The notes: a model not told the origin generated them from the letters alone. A stretch of 64,000 nucleotides of DNA from Phycisphaerae bacterium (GCA_963666835.2 CAXXGO010000005.1:128001-192000), one strand, 5' to 3'; shown: positions 19,483 through 30,494, counted from the stretch's first letter. A program made the numbers and translations.

Positions 19483-20664
19483 ATGGCGCGTTGCAGCACG
19501 TTGGCGGTGGTTTTCCTGACGGTGGTTCCGGCAAGCGGTGCAGACCTGGCGGACTTCGCGGAGTTTCAGCGTTGTCTTGGTCCGGAGCCGGATGTTCTTT
19601 GCCGGATGATGTTTGATTGCGACAACGTCGACGGACGGATCGACCTGGAGGATTACATCACTTTCTACGCAAGGTTTACCGGCCAGGACGTTCCGCCGTG
19701 CGGCATGGTGGCGGTTTCCGACGGCGAGTTCGAGATGGGAGACCCGTGGGGGGAGGGCTACAGCGATGAGCTGCCGGTTCACCGTGTTTACCTTGGAGAC
19801 TATGCCATCGACCGGTACGAGGTAACGAACGAGCATTACGCGGCGGCGCTGAATCGGGCAATCTCCCAGGGTGGGTTGATTACGGTGCTCAACGGCGTTG
19901 TCTATCAATACGGCAGCAGGGGGCGGTGTCCGTATTGCGATACGTACGCACACGATAACGATAGTAGGATCCATTGGGACGGGGCGGTGTTTTCGGTAAC
20001 GCCGGGGAAGGAAGACCACCCGATGGTCGAAGTGAGCTGGTATGGGGCGGCAGCGTACTGTAACTGGCGTAGCGAAATGGAAGGCAGGCCGCGGTGCTAT
20101 GACCTGTCGGCGTGGACGTGCGACTTCGGCGCGGCCGGTTACCGTTTGCCGACTGAGGCGGAGTGGGCGAAGGCGGCCGGCTGGGATCCCGATCAGGGTC
20201 TGCACCTTCGGTTCGGGGAGCACACCGACGGCTGCGGTTGCGATTGCCTGGACGGGGGGCGGGCGAACTACTTCAATAGCGGCGACCCGTTCGAGTCCGG
20301 GGATTATCCGTGGACTACTCCGAGAGGCTTTTTCAACGGCGAACTTCACCGCAGGGTAGACTTCGGCTGGCCGGGATCGGGCAGTCTGGAGAGCTATCAA
20401 TCTCAGAATGCGAAGAGCTACTACGGCTGCTATGACCTGAGCGGGAACGTCTGGGAGTGGTGCAACGATTGGTTCGGCGTTGGTTATTATGCGACCAGCC
20501 CGTATGACGACCCGCCGGGACCGGAGAGTGGGACGTATCGCATGTTACGCGGCGGTGGCTGGAACAGCGATCCTGGCGACTGCCGTTCGGCTTTTCGCGG
20601 ATGGTACACGTCCGACAGCCGCACCAGCTCGTACGGGTTTCGCTGTGCGGCGGGGGCTCGGTGA
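19483..20664 (+). CDS. Secreted FGE-sulfatase-domain protein with N-terminal dockerin/EF-hand-like module
   Basis: DLADFAEFQRC, FDCDNVDGRIDLED, FEMGD, YRLPTEAEW, YDLSGNVWEW, RGGGW, GFRC. Confidence 0.88.
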   Translation: MARCSTLAVVFLTVVPASGADLADFAEFQRCLGPEPDVLCRMMFDCDNVDGRIDLEDYITFYARFTGQDVPPCGMVAVSDGEFEMGDPWGEGYSDELPVHRVYLGDYAIDRYEVTNEHYAAALNRAISQGGLITVLNGVVYQYGSRGRCPYCDTYAHDNDSRIHWDGAVFSVTPGKEDHPMVEVSWYGAAAYCNWRSEMEGRPRCYDLSAWTCDFGAAGYRLPTEAEWAKAAGWDPDQGLHLRFGEHTDGCGCDCLDGGRANYFNSGDPFESGDYPWTTPRGFFNGELHRRVDFGWPGSGSLESYQSQNAKSYYGCYDLSGNVWEWCNDWFGVGYYATSPYDDPPGPESGTYRMLRGGGWNSDPGDCRSAFRGWYTSDSRTSSYGFRCAAGAR

Positions 20665-20759
20665 GACCTCACGTTTGCGTATGCGAGTCTCACCATACGC
20701 CGGCCTGAGCCGAGGTTCATTCTTGTTTGGCTGCGGACCGCGGAAGGTCGGGTAAGATC

Positions 20760-20848
20760 TTCCCCCCTTGCCAAGGGGGGATTCAGGGGGGCTGTTTCGA
20801 CGGAGATAAACCTCCCCCGGCCCTTTCTTGGCAAGGGGGGGGGAGAAG
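20760..20848. repeat. REP-like inverted pair of GC hairpins between convergent genes
   Basis: CCCCCCTTGCCAAGGGGGG...GGGGG / CCCCC...CTTGGCAAGGGGGG. Confidence 0.6.
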
Positions 20849-20877
20849 GGCAACTACCTTACTGGAAAGGGCACTCG

Positions 20878-21291
20878 CTACGGGCCACCGAAGGTCGTCT
20901 GGACGTCGGCGAAATCGCGCAAGTCGACCGTGTTGCTCTGGTCTACATCGAAGCAGACGCATCCAGGCGGCGCGGTTGTGGCCGGGCCTGCGAGGCACGC
21001 CTCGAGTTCGGCATAGTCAACCAGATCCACGTAGCCCGTTGTGTTGCAGTCCCCGGCGGGCGTTTGGAACCAGAACCCACCGGTGAGCACGAGGGTTGGG
21101 CTGGTCAGAGGCGGTCCGGCATCGGGCTGGCCGATGGTCCCCGACAGCTCGAAGTCACCGCCGGTACTACGCATCACGCCGCCGCCATCGACACTCCACC
21201 AATCGAGAGAAAGGTCGCCGGACCCGCTTTCGGTGGCCGCGAAGGCTGCCAACACGATACTCCAAGCGAGCCTCAGAGTTCCATCGAACAT
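20878..21291 (-). CDS. Small secreted protein with dockerin-like C-terminus
   Basis: Signal peptide; WWSVDGGG..GGDFELSGTIGQPDAG..LTGGFW; FDVDQSNTVDLRDFA. Confidence 0.8.
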   Translation of the reverse strand: MFDGTLRLAWSIVLAAFAATESGSGDLSLDWWSVDGGGVMRSTGGDFELSGTIGQPDAGPPLTSPTLVLTGGFWFQTPAGDCNTTGYVDLVDYAELEACLAGPATTAPPGCVCFDVDQSNTVDLRDFADVQTTFGGP

Positions 21292-21364
21292 TCTACCTTC
21301 TCCTTGCGTTACGGGCCGGATTCCCAACGGTCTGACCGGCGCGCGTGCCCGCCGGAGGATTCCG

Positions 21365-22957
21365 CTATTCCCCGATCGTTACGATTCCGTTCATTGCCAT
21401 GAAGGTTAGCGGCTTATCATAGGTGAGAGGACCGGAGTACGTTCCGGCCTGGATCTTGATCCGTAACTCCTCCCAGGCTGCGTTGATTCCATCTTCAATC
21501 GTCAAGTGCGGGCACGAGGCCGTGCCCATGGGAATGCCGCACGTCCCGGCTGGGTCGACGTACATGGTACCGCCGATTATCAGGTACCATCCGATCTTGC
21601 TCCAGGACTCTTCGAACTCTCCGTAGACCGCCCAGAAGTTGTCGATGTTGCTGCAGGACAGATCGTCAGGATCGGTAGTGGCGGAGCAGATTCCCCACAG
21701 TTGGCCGGCCAGTTGGCCGGAACCGTTAAACGCTCCCGAGCCGCTCGAGCCTTTCTGAGTCAGCCCGTCAATCTGGTCGTAGGAATCGAAGTCGGTCGGG
21801 TCTTTGGTCCCGCAGCCGATGACGACATCTTCCAGGAAGACCACACGTTTCCAGGATCCCTTGGGGTGGTGGACCCCGTATTGGGCGGAACTCGTGCTCT
21901 CCGTCCAGCCGACCAAGCCGAGTCCGCCGGTCAGGTCGCCGGCCAGCCGCATGAACTCCATATCGTTTTCGTCGTAGCTGCGCAGATGTAGACCGCCTAC
22001 GTTACGCGGAAGACTCCAGTAGGACGGCACGCTAGCCTCATCGTCGCACGTGGCGGTCTGGTAGTTCCACACGACTTCCAGGGTGTCAACCTCGGCCTGA
22101 GTGTGCAGGCAATGCCGGGCAGTCAGGAAATACGGTACGATCGTCTCATTGTCGAGGTCGTTTAACAGGGTTCCGGTGCAGCTATAGCTGTTAGTGCCGT
22201 CGCTGAAACTCATCCGCCCGGTGGCCATCTTGGCCACCCAGTATACGTCATCATCGTGGCAGTTCACGTCCAGATGACAATCGAGCAGATCAGGTCCCCC
22301 CCTTTCGTCGACCGGATCGGCCGGGCTCCGGTCCAGATGGATGATCTCGGCAATTTCGAACCTCGGCTCGCGGATACCGTTGAACTCGACGAAGACCTCG
22401 TCACCCGGAAGCGAAGCGGTCCAGAAGTCGCCGTCACGATCCGGTCCCGTGCCGGCGTACGGCCCGCGTACGATAATCCCGGACTCGCTTGTCGAGTACA
22501 CCAGACCGGATCCCTCGCCGACGTCGAAGTCCGCGAAATGCAGCCGGATTCCATCCGCGCCGGGCGATCTGATCGCGAGTGTCCAGACAGTTTCGCCGTG
22601 ACGTGCTTCCGCTGGCAGCGCATCGGCGATGGTGAGCGCCGGTCCCACGGCTCGGGTTATTCCCACTCGCTCGGGCCCGGGGTATACGTGGGCGTACTTC
22701 TCGGCCGCACGTCGGTCGGCTTCGGCAATGGTGGCGTTGCTCACGCTGCCGAGGTTGTGGATGTTGATGCCCACACGAAAAGCGTCTTCTAGGTTGAGGC
22801 TCACCGGTGGCGGTGGCTCGATCGCCAAGCTTGGTCCGCCGTCCGGGACGATCATGGGGAACGCTTTGTGGATTCCGGGGTCAGGCTCCGGCGTGCCCCG
22901 GGCACCCGCGAGTGCGGTGAGTAGCGCGGCAGTGAATACGCCAACGGCTGCTTTCAT
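21365..22957 (-). CDS. Secreted trypsin-like (lysyl endopeptidase-like) serine protease
   Basis: CTGTLLN, YFLTARHC, HHPKGSWKR, GSSGS. Confidence 0.85.
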   Translation of the reverse strand: MKAAVGVFTAALLTALAGARGTPEPDPGIHKAFPMIVPDGGPSLAIEPPPPVSLNLEDAFRVGINIHNLGSVSNATIAEADRRAAEKYAHVYPGPERVGITRAVGPALTIADALPAEARHGETVWTLAIRSPGADGIRLHFADFDVGEGSGLVYSTSESGIIVRGPYAGTGPDRDGDFWTASLPGDEVFVEFNGIREPRFEIAEIIHLDRSPADPVDERGGPDLLDCHLDVNCHDDDVYWVAKMATGRMSFSDGTNSYSCTGTLLNDLDNETIVPYFLTARHCLHTQAEVDTLEVVWNYQTATCDDEASVPSYWSLPRNVGGLHLRSYDENDMEFMRLAGDLTGGLGLVGWTESTSSAQYGVHHPKGSWKRVVFLEDVVIGCGTKDPTDFDSYDQIDGLTQKGSSGSGAFNGSGQLAGQLWGICSATTDPDDLSCSNIDNFWAVYGEFEESWSKIGWYLIIGGTMYVDPAGTCGIPMGTASCPHLTIEDGINAAWEELRIKIQAGTYSGPLTYDKPLTFMAMNGIVTIGE

Positions 22958-22984
22958 AGTTGGTCCTCCCGTCCGAGGTCTGGG

Positions 22985-25900
22985 CTACTGAAGACTTACC
23001 AGGACCAACACCAGTCCCTTGTCGCCGGCCGGAAGCCCGGTCATGGCTTTCCCGATGATCGCGCCGTTGGCCCGGTCATAGTCGGTTACTTTCATGGCGT
23101 ACCCCGGCATATCAGAGGTTGTCAGCAGATCGCCCGGCAAAATCGGGGCATTGGTGGTATTCGCCCGCACGTATACGCGACCCGTAAGGGCTACGGGATA
23201 GGCGCCGTCGGCCACCGTGTCTTGCTGTCCCATCATCATTCCGGTCTCGATCCCCCCGGCGCCGCTTATTATCCCGGCCACTGTGCGATCGTAGGCCCTG
23301 CTACTGATTACGAGCTTCCCCGCGCGCTCCGGATCAATACACACGACCATTCCGGGCTCCGCCGCCGTCCGGCCGGTGTCGACGTCGAATTGCTCCGAGA
23401 GATCGGCGCCCCCCATGATCTGCAGCACATCCACCTGGGTAGTGCCGTCGGTGTTCACCGCGAAGATCTGGCTGCCCCCGCTATACGGATAGACGCGGAC
23501 ACTTCCGTAGAACGCGCCGGCGATGTACGAGCTGGAAGCTACCAGAGCCTTGTAAGGTGACGTGGCATAAACGCCATTACTCTCCACTCCGGTCGCCTCG
23601 GCTCGTAGTCCTACTCCGTTGGGCTTCGTGCCGATGGCTCTAACGCCGACCATCTGGCCCTCAGCTTCGACGCCGATTCCCCCGGGGCTGTTGACGGCCC
23701 TGAACCAACCACCACGGTTCTGCGTGGAGCTGCCGCTACTCGCTGCGGTACCCCGGACCCCGTAGCCTCCGTCCATAGCGGAGCGGAAATCACCTCCGCC
23801 ACTGCCGTTCGTGGAACCGTAGAAGGCTTTACCCGAACCCGAGTTGGAGGCGTAAACTGTCGTAGTGTTGTCACTAGACGCCTGAATTGCCATGCCCGAG
23901 CCTATTGCGCTAAAGTGCGCTGCGGCGGCGTCGGATGAGGCGTTATCGATTATTCCCGTGATCGCCGACGTGGCGTGGCTCGTTCCGCTGTTGGTGATTC
24001 TGAAGGCATCGCCGTCGATCGTCACCGACCTGTCCAGGGGAAGGTTGAAGCTACCTCCGCCTCCTCCCGGTTGCCAGCTTCCGTTGCCGGCGGAGTCGCT
24101 CGTCAACACGTAACCCGACACCGGCGAGTCAGTCAGCGCGAAGCCGTCCACTACGATTCCGCCGGTAACCTCGACGTTCGTTGGGGTTACGGTAAGACGT
24201 TCCGAACCGTTGGCCCCCAGGGTCAGACGAGAGGATGGTCCGCCGGCGAAGATGCGGCAGTGTCCTGCTCCAACACCATCGGTGGCGACGCCCATTTTCA
24301 GGCGGTACGTGCCGCCGCCGATTTTGAAATCTCCTTCAGTGTGAACTACGTCCCAGTTCCCTCCCGCCACGTGGAGAGTAGTCTGAGGATCACTCACTCC
24401 AACGCCGACGTTGGCGGTGTCGTAGTAAATCTCCGAGCCGTTGGTCTGCCACAGTGACTCGCCGCCTGCGCTCGGCGGTTGCCAGGAACCGTTGCCCTGG
24501 GCGTCGCAGGTGAGAACGTAACCGGATTCCGGGTCGTCGGTTAATCGGAAGCCTTCCATCCTGACACCACCGACAACATCCAGCGTTGCGGCCGGATCGG
24601 CGGTGCCGATACCGACGTTGCCGGCATTGTAATAAAGGCTACTTCCTGATTGATGCCACAACTCTGCGGCGCTGACGGCGGCGCTGGTTTGTGTTGTCCC
24701 GTCGGGGAACCTGAAACCGTCGGCCGTGGATTCGATCAGCCCGTTTACCGTCAAGGGTGAGCCGGGCGCGGTCGTACCAATACCCACATTGCCACTGAAG
24801 TAGCCTCTCCCGTCGAAGTAGCCGCCGAAGCCGCCGGCACTGTTGGTCATGCCATACACGCCGTAGTTGAGCCCTGAATCGGCGATCGCCTGGCCTAAGA
24901 CGCCGTAGCCTGAGGAGCTTCGTGAGCGACCCAGCACGCCGACCGTTGCACCCGTGGATGACGTGGCATCCGCATAGACGGTCCGTGCCATCGTACTGTC
25001 GGCTTCGCCGTGAAACGCGTGGGATTGGGCGCCCGAGTGAGTGGCGTGGGCGTGAATGGCCTTCAGACCGTCACTTTCAACGTAGAGGCGGGCGCTCGCA
25101 TCGGCGGGCCCGCCGATTCCGACATTACTGCGGTGGGGCGTGTCGTCTTCGTAGTGAATGCCCTCGTTATCCGAGGTCCAGAGCGAATCTCCCCCTCCGC
25201 CCGCCGGTTGCCACGTGCCGACGCCGGCGGAATCGGCCGTGAGGACGTATCCGGATGTGGCAGATTCTCCGAGGCGGAGGCCGTCCATCTTGACGGTTCC
25301 GCCGACTTCGAGTTTGGCCGCGGGCCACATGAACTCGTCAAGGCCGATTCCGACGTCCCCACCGTTATAGAGAATGCAGCTCTCCCCGATTTGCCAGAGC
25401 GAGTCCCCGCCGCCGGCGGGGGGTTGCCAGCTACCGCAACCGGAGCCGTCGGAGGTCAGAACGTAACCGGCCACCGGCTGGTCGGTGAGCTGGAACCCGG
25501 TCATTTCGACGGTGCCGTAGACGTCCAGCATCGCGGAAGGCTCAATCTCGCCGATGCCGACGTTGCCGGTCGTATAGTAGATGTGGGTTCCCCAGTCCTC
25601 CCAAACCGAGTCCCCGCTGCCCCCGGGTCCGTCGAACGCATAGAGCGCGTACGGTGCCGGGTTGATAGGCTGGCGTGGACTCAGCTCTACGGAGCTCATG
25701 CCCTCTTCGTCGGTTACGGCCACTTCAAGCCAACGCGGCTGACCGTTGAACGCTTCCGGGCCGAACGCCATAGCGTCCACTTCAACGGTAAATAGACCAT
25801 CGACCACGTCCACTCCATCCGGCGTCCAGCAACACCAGCCGACCGGCGCCCCGCCATCGGGGTCGTCCCACAACCCGAATTCGAGGTAGACCACGCCGTT

Positions 25901-26029
25901 ATACGGGTGTCCCAGCTCTTTGAGTTGGCCCTGGTAAGTGAAGACCGGGTCCATTTGTGCAATTACCGGGTTTACGCAGAGCGCGCCGGCAAACAGATTG
26001 CCCCAGGCTGAAATACGTGCCAGTTTCAT
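22985..26029 (-). CDS. Secreted fibre-like repeat protein with C-terminal chaperone/peptidase-G2-like domain
   Basis: FTYQGQL..PRQPINPAPYA N-domain; repeated GNVGIG and GYVLTxDxxGxGxWQ; GADLSEQF..VAGIISG..VALTGRVYV..GAIIGKA. Confidence 0.75.
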   Translation of the reverse strand: MKLARISAWGNLFAGALCVNPVIAQMDPVFTYQGQLKELGHPYNGVVYLEFGLWDDPDGGAPVGWCCWTPDGVDVVDGLFTVEVDAMAFGPEAFNGQPRWLEVAVTDEEGMSSVELSPRQPINPAPYALYAFDGPGGSGDSVWEDWGTHIYYTTGNVGIGEIEPSAMLDVYGTVEMTGFQLTDQPVAGYVLTSDGSGCGSWQPPAGGGDSLWQIGESCILYNGGDVGIGLDEFMWPAAKLEVGGTVKMDGLRLGESATSGYVLTADSAGVGTWQPAGGGGDSLWTSDNEGIHYEDDTPHRSNVGIGGPADASARLYVESDGLKAIHAHATHSGAQSHAFHGEADSTMARTVYADATSSTGATVGVLGRSRSSSGYGVLGQAIADSGLNYGVYGMTNSAGGFGGYFDGRGYFSGNVGIGTTAPGSPLTVNGLIESTADGFRFPDGTTQTSAAVSAAELWHQSGSSLYYNAGNVGIGTADPAATLDVVGGVRMEGFRLTDDPESGYVLTCDAQGNGSWQPPSAGGESLWQTNGSEIYYDTANVGVGVSDPQTTLHVAGGNWDVVHTEGDFKIGGGTYRLKMGVATDGVGAGHCRIFAGGPSSRLTLGANGSERLTVTPTNVEVTGGIVVDGFALTDSPVSGYVLTSDSAGNGSWQPGGGGGSFNLPLDRSVTIDGDAFRITNSGTSHATSAITGIIDNASSDAAAAHFSAIGSGMAIQASSDNTTTVYASNSGSGKAFYGSTNGSGGGDFRSAMDGGYGVRGTAASSGSSTQNRGGWFRAVNSPGGIGVEAEGQMVGVRAIGTKPNGVGLRAEATGVESNGVYATSPYKALVASSSYIAGAFYGSVRVYPYSGGSQIFAVNTDGTTQVDVLQIMGGADLSEQFDVDTGRTAAEPGMVVCIDPERAGKLVISSRAYDRTVAGIISGAGGIETGMMMGQQDTVADGAYPVALTGRVYVRANTTNAPILPGDLLTTSDMPGYAMKVTDYDRANGAIIGKAMTGLPAGDKGLVLVLVSLQ

Positions 26030-26231
26030 GTGTTGTCTCCAGTTTCGAGCGGGCTCCCAGCTACCGGGGGGCGACGTTGGCTACGTCCTTTCCGCCTTGC
26101 CCGCCGGCGTTCGAACCTCGGGGACAAGGGGTTATTCGGACCCTCCAGGTGAGAATCGCCTTGTCTCGTCCATTCAGAAACGCGACAATAGAGACGCAAC
26201 TTCGCAACAGTTGGCGTTTTTTATTCGGCGA

Positions 26232-26816
26232 ATGCCCGTGGACGACGCGAACAGCTCGAACATCACCCAGATGCTGAAACAGGCTACCGGTGGTGATGAC
26301 TCGGCCGTCAGGTGCCTGATGCCGCTGGTATACGACGAGCTGCGGGCTTTGGCGCAAAGCTATCTCCGGCAGGAGCGCTCCGACCACACCTTACAGGCGA
26401 CGGCACTGGTGCACGAAGCGTACGTCCGGCTCATCAGACAGGAAGACGTAGAGTGGCGGAACCGCGCGCACTTCTTTGCCGTCGCAGCCCAGGCGATTCG
26501 GCGAATCCTGGTGGATCATGCCCGGGGGCATGGGCGGCTGAAACGCGGGGGCGGTTTTGAGCGTGTGCGGCTTGATGATGACGTCGCCGTGTCGGAGGAA
26601 ACCGATCTGGACCTGGTTGCGCTCGACGAGTTGTTGGAGAAGCTGGCCGGTTTGCATGAGCGGCAGGCCTGTATCGTGGAACTCCGTTTCTTCGGGGGGC
26701 TGACCCTGAAGGAGGTGGCCGATTACCTAGGCGTCTCGGCCCGGACGGTTGACGGTGACTGGAGCATGGCTCGCGCTTGGTTGCGCCGGGAACTCCGGGA
26801 GGCACCGGAGCTGTGA
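26232..26816 (+). CDS. ECF sigma factor, Rhodopirellula/TIGR02999-like
   Basis: LVYDELRALA, HTLQATALVHEAY, RAHFFAVAAQAIRRILVDHAR, ARAWL. Confidence 0.92.
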   Translation: MPVDDANSSNITQMLKQATGGDDSAVRCLMPLVYDELRALAQSYLRQERSDHTLQATALVHEAYVRLIRQEDVEWRNRAHFFAVAAQAIRRILVDHARGHGRLKRGGGFERVRLDDDVAVSEETDLDLVALDELLEKLAGLHERQACIVELRFFGGLTLKEVADYLGVSARTVDGDWSMARAWLRRELREAPEL

Positions 26817-29452
26817 CCCCGGAACGATACGAGCAGGTCCGTGAGCTGTTTCTGGCCGTTCGTGCGAAGAGTCTGGCGGAGCGGGTCGAGTTTCTCACCC
26901 AGGCCTGTGGCGGTGATTACGCGTTGCGTGCGGAAGTGGAATCGCTGCTCGAAAGCAACGCGGACGCCGATAGCTTCCTGCAAGAACCGATTCTGGGAAA
27001 CGGGTTCGGTGCCTTGAGCCCGGAATCTCTGATTGCGAATGAGGACGGGGGGAGAATGCCGGCGCCACCGGGTGGCTCGGGCAGGGTGCGGTCCCCGTAC
27101 CTTCCGCACGCCATCGGCCAGTACGAGATTTTCGATGTTCTCGGAGAGGGCGGCATGGGAATCGTATACCGAGCTCGACAGGAGAACCCGCGCCGCACGG
27201 TGGCTCTAAAGGTCATAAAGCCGGGGGGCGATTCCCGGCACATGCGCAAGCGGTTTGAGTATGAGGGGCAGGTGCTTGGCTGGTTGCAGCACCCGGGTAT
27301 CGCGCAGATTTTCGAAGCGGGAACGGCGGAGACCATCGGCGGTCCGCGGCCGTTCTTCGCCATGGAGCTCATTCAAGGCCGCCCCCTCACGGAGTACGTT
27401 CGTTCTCTCCGGCTGGGCGTACGATTGCGACTCGAATTGATGGTCAAAGTGTGTGACGCCGTTCATCATGCGCATCAGAAGGGTGTGATCCATCGGGACC
27501 TCAAGCCGGGCAACATCCTGGTAGACGAAAACGGTCAGCCGAAGGTGCTGGACTTCGGCGTGGCCCGAGCTACGGATGCCGACATCCGGACGGCAACTCT
27601 TCAGACAGACGTGGGACAGCTTGTTGGTACCCTGGCGTACATGAGTCCCGAGCAAATGGGAGCGGACTCGGGCCGGCTGGATACGCGTTCGGACGTGTAC
27701 TCGCTCGGAGTTATCTGCTACGAATTGCTCACCGGCCGGGTCCCCCACGATATCTCCCGCAAGACGATCCCCCAAGCCGCGCGCCTGATCGCAGAAGAAG
27801 ATCCGCCTTCGCTCGGCGCGCTTGATCGGTCTTTGCGCGGAGATGTGGATACGATAGTCACAAAGGCTCTGGAGAAGGACAAGGACCGGCGGTATCAGTC
27901 GGCGTCCGATCTCGCCGAGGACATCCGCCGGCACCTTGCGGATCAGCCCATTGCCGCGCGGGCGGCGACCACGGTCTATCAACTTCGCAAGTTCGCCAGG
28001 CGTAACAAGGCTCTGGTGGCCGGCCTGGGCATTGCGTTTGCGGCGCTTAGCGGGGGCCTGGTCCAAGTAACCCTCGAACGCAATAGGGCGGTGGCGGCGG
28101 AGAGACTTGCCGAGCAGCGCCGCGGCGAGGCGGAGACACAGCGAGTTGCGGCTGAACAGCAAGCAGCGATTGCCCGGGCGATTAATGAGTTCCTGAACGA
28201 CGATCTTCTCGCGGCCGCGGGCCCTCTGCGCACGCCGGACCGGCAGATCACTGTGCGCGAAGTGCTGGATGCCGCGTCGAAGAACATTGCCGGCAAGTTC
28301 ACCGATCAGCCGGAGACCGAGGCGTCAATCCGCAATACGTTGGGAAGAACTTACGAACACCTGGGGGAGTACGATGCGGCGAAGGTGCATCTGACCGAAG
28401 CCTTGAGACTCTATCGAGAATCTCGGGGAGATCAGGACCTGAATACGTTCAACGCGATGGAAGAGCTTGCTCTGGTTTTCAGAAGGCAAGCGGCATACGA
28501 AGAGGCCGAGGAGCTGTTCCGCGAATCGCTCGAGGGTAAACGTGAGCTGCTGGGTGACGCGCACCTCGAAACTGCGATCGCCATGAACGACTTGGCCACC
28601 CTCTACCATACGCAAGGGCGGCATGCCGAGGCCGAACGGCTCTACCTGGAGTCGCTTAGCGTGCGACGTCAGTTGTTTGGTGAGAACCACCCCGAGACCG
28701 CGGCCTGCGTGTGTAACCTGGCGAATCTGTATCAAGTTCTCGGGCGGTACGATGAGGCCGAGAGGTTGCATGTCGGTGCTTGGGCGACGCGCAAGCAAGC
28801 TCTCGGCGAGGAGCATGTGGACACTCTGATGTCCATGAACTCGCTCGCCAAGGTCTACAACAGCAAGGACGAGCCTGACCGGGCCGAACGGCTCTGGCGA
28901 GGGGTCCTCGAGGTCCGCCGCCGTACGCTCGGCGAGGGGCATCCGGACACGCTTAAGACCATGAACAACCTGGCCGTGCTCTATCTCAAGGTAGGCCGAT
29001 ACGAAGAGGCAGAGCGGATGTCGTCGGCGGTGCTTGACGCTCAACGTGCCGTGCTGGGCGAACAGCACCCTCACGTCTTGGTGTCTATCTACAACCTGGC
29101 TGACGTCTACTTGCAAATGGGCCGGCTCGAGCAGGCGGCCGCTATGTTCGAAGAGGCCATCGTCGGAAGCCGGAGTTCTTTGCCTGACGGTCACTGGTAC
29201 ACGGGCGTGTTCCTGAGCAAGTTCGGCGATTGCCTGAATCGGCTGGGGCGGTTCGCGGAGTCGGAGACTGCCCTGATTGCAGCACATCAGAACCTCTCCG
29301 CCTCTCTCGGTGTTGACCACGATCGAACCAGATCGGCTGCCGCTGCGATAGCTGATCTGTATGACGCGCGGGGGAAGGCCGATCGAGCCGCAGAATGGCG
29401 GGAGACGCTGTCGGCGGCGAAGGCGACGGAGGCCGCGGCCCCCGGGTCGTGA
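26813..29452 (+). CDS. Ser/Thr protein kinase with TM segment and TPR repeats
   Basis: GEGGMG, VALK, HRDLKPGN, DFG, YMSPE, repeated LGxxHPxT..MNNLA; GTGA overlap with the sigma gene. Confidence 0.93.
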   Translation: MTPERYEQVRELFLAVRAKSLAERVEFLTQACGGDYALRAEVESLLESNADADSFLQEPILGNGFGALSPESLIANEDGGRMPAPPGGSGRVRSPYLPHAIGQYEIFDVLGEGGMGIVYRARQENPRRTVALKVIKPGGDSRHMRKRFEYEGQVLGWLQHPGIAQIFEAGTAETIGGPRPFFAMELIQGRPLTEYVRSLRLGVRLRLELMVKVCDAVHHAHQKGVIHRDLKPGNILVDENGQPKVLDFGVARATDADIRTATLQTDVGQLVGTLAYMSPEQMGADSGRLDTRSDVYSLGVICYELLTGRVPHDISRKTIPQAARLIAEEDPPSLGALDRSLRGDVDTIVTKALEKDKDRRYQSASDLAEDIRRHLADQPIAARAATTVYQLRKFARRNKALVAGLGIAFAALSGGLVQVTLERNRAVAAERLAEQRRGEAETQRVAAEQQAAIARAINEFLNDDLLAAAGPLRTPDRQITVREVLDAASKNIAGKFTDQPETEASIRNTLGRTYEHLGEYDAAKVHLTEALRLYRESRGDQDLNTFNAMEELALVFRRQAAYEEAEELFRESLEGKRELLGDAHLETAIAMNDLATLYHTQGRHAEAERLYLESLSVRRQLFGENHPETAACVCNLANLYQVLGRYDEAERLHVGAWATRKQALGEEHVDTLMSMNSLAKVYNSKDEPDRAERLWRGVLEVRRRTLGEGHPDTLKTMNNLAVLYLKVGRYEEAERMSSAVLDAQRAVLGEQHPHVLVSIYNLADVYLQMGRLEQAAAMFEEAIVGSRSSLPDGHWYTGVFLSKFGDCLNRLGRFAESETALIAAHQNLSASLGVDHDRTRSAAAAIADLYDARGKADRAAEWRETLSAAKATEAAAPGS

Positions 29453-29829
29453 TCGGCCCTTGTTCACGGCCTCCGAGGCTCCTGTTCCGGGCCACCAGAG
29501 TGGGATCTCCGGCTTACGGACCGCCGGATCATCCGTCCTCCCGGTTGCACCTTGTCGACGGGGCTGCCCTCAATCCGGTCCGGAGCCCGGGAACCGCTTC
29601 TTTCTCGGACTCCAAGGCGCGGCGGCCCTTGCGGCAGTTTTTGCCGATCGGGACGCTGCTGAGGGCTTTCTCCGGGAGACGTGATACGCTACAATCTTGA
29701 AAACCGACGGCGGGGCGAGAATCCCGCTTGCGGTCGGGGGCTCGGTCCTATATACAGGGCCTCCCCGGAAGGCTGGCTGCCCGGCCTGACGGAGCTTCGA
29801 CGATAGCTGCGACAGGCGGGGAGAGAACC

Positions 29830-29903
29830 GGCGGCGTACCCAAGTGGACTAAGGGGACGGATTGCAAATCCGTTATTCATGGGTTCGAATCCCATCGCCG
29901 CCT
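29830..29903 (+). tRNA. tRNA-Cys(GCA)
   Basis: GGCGGCGTACCCAAGTGG...ACGGATTGCAAATCCGT...GGTTCGAATCC..CGCCGCCT. Confidence 0.95.
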
Positions 29904-30001
29904 TTCGTGGTGTTCTACGACCGTCTCGGCCCCATGCGCGGAGGGGTTCGCGCGGACCCTAGGGGGGGGGCGGTCACGATTGCCCAGCGAAGCTACGTGT
30001 T

Positions 30002-30074
30002 GCGGGCGTAGCTCAATTGGTAGAGCATCAGCCTTCCAAGCTGAATGTTGACGGTTCGAGTCCGTTCGCCCGCT
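30002..30074 (+). tRNA. tRNA-Gly(TCC)
   Basis: GCGGGCGTAGCTCAATTGGTAGAGCATCAGCCTTCCAAGCTGA...GGTTCGAGTCC..CGCCCGCT. Confidence 0.95.
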
Positions 30075-30494
30075 GTTTGACGGTGGTTGCCTTTCGTCCA
30101 TAACTCTTGCTAGTTACGTCACTTACAACACTCCGCTCTTCCGGATCCGATGACGCGCTTTTGTCAGCAGATGCCCCGAATATGCGCCGTTTGCCGGGGT
30201 CTGGGGTAAGGACGGGTGTAAGCAAACTCGTCCCCTTTCGACTTGGCCGGTCGCGCTCTGCTGAGGCTCGGTAAGACGTTCTGTGCCCCGGAAGCGTCCG
30301 TAGGTCTCGGCCGGTTGGGGCTTACGAGAGCATGAAGTGTGCTGGGACGGAGACGCCTGCCCATCAACGGCCACGCAGGGGCTCGCGACGGCGCGGCAGC
30401 GCAACAAGAGGCAGGGGCGGATCGGCACGTGGGTCCGATCCGCCCCGTTTATATTCGAGCCGACAGTGGACTTCGGGCTCCACAAGCGTGTGGG

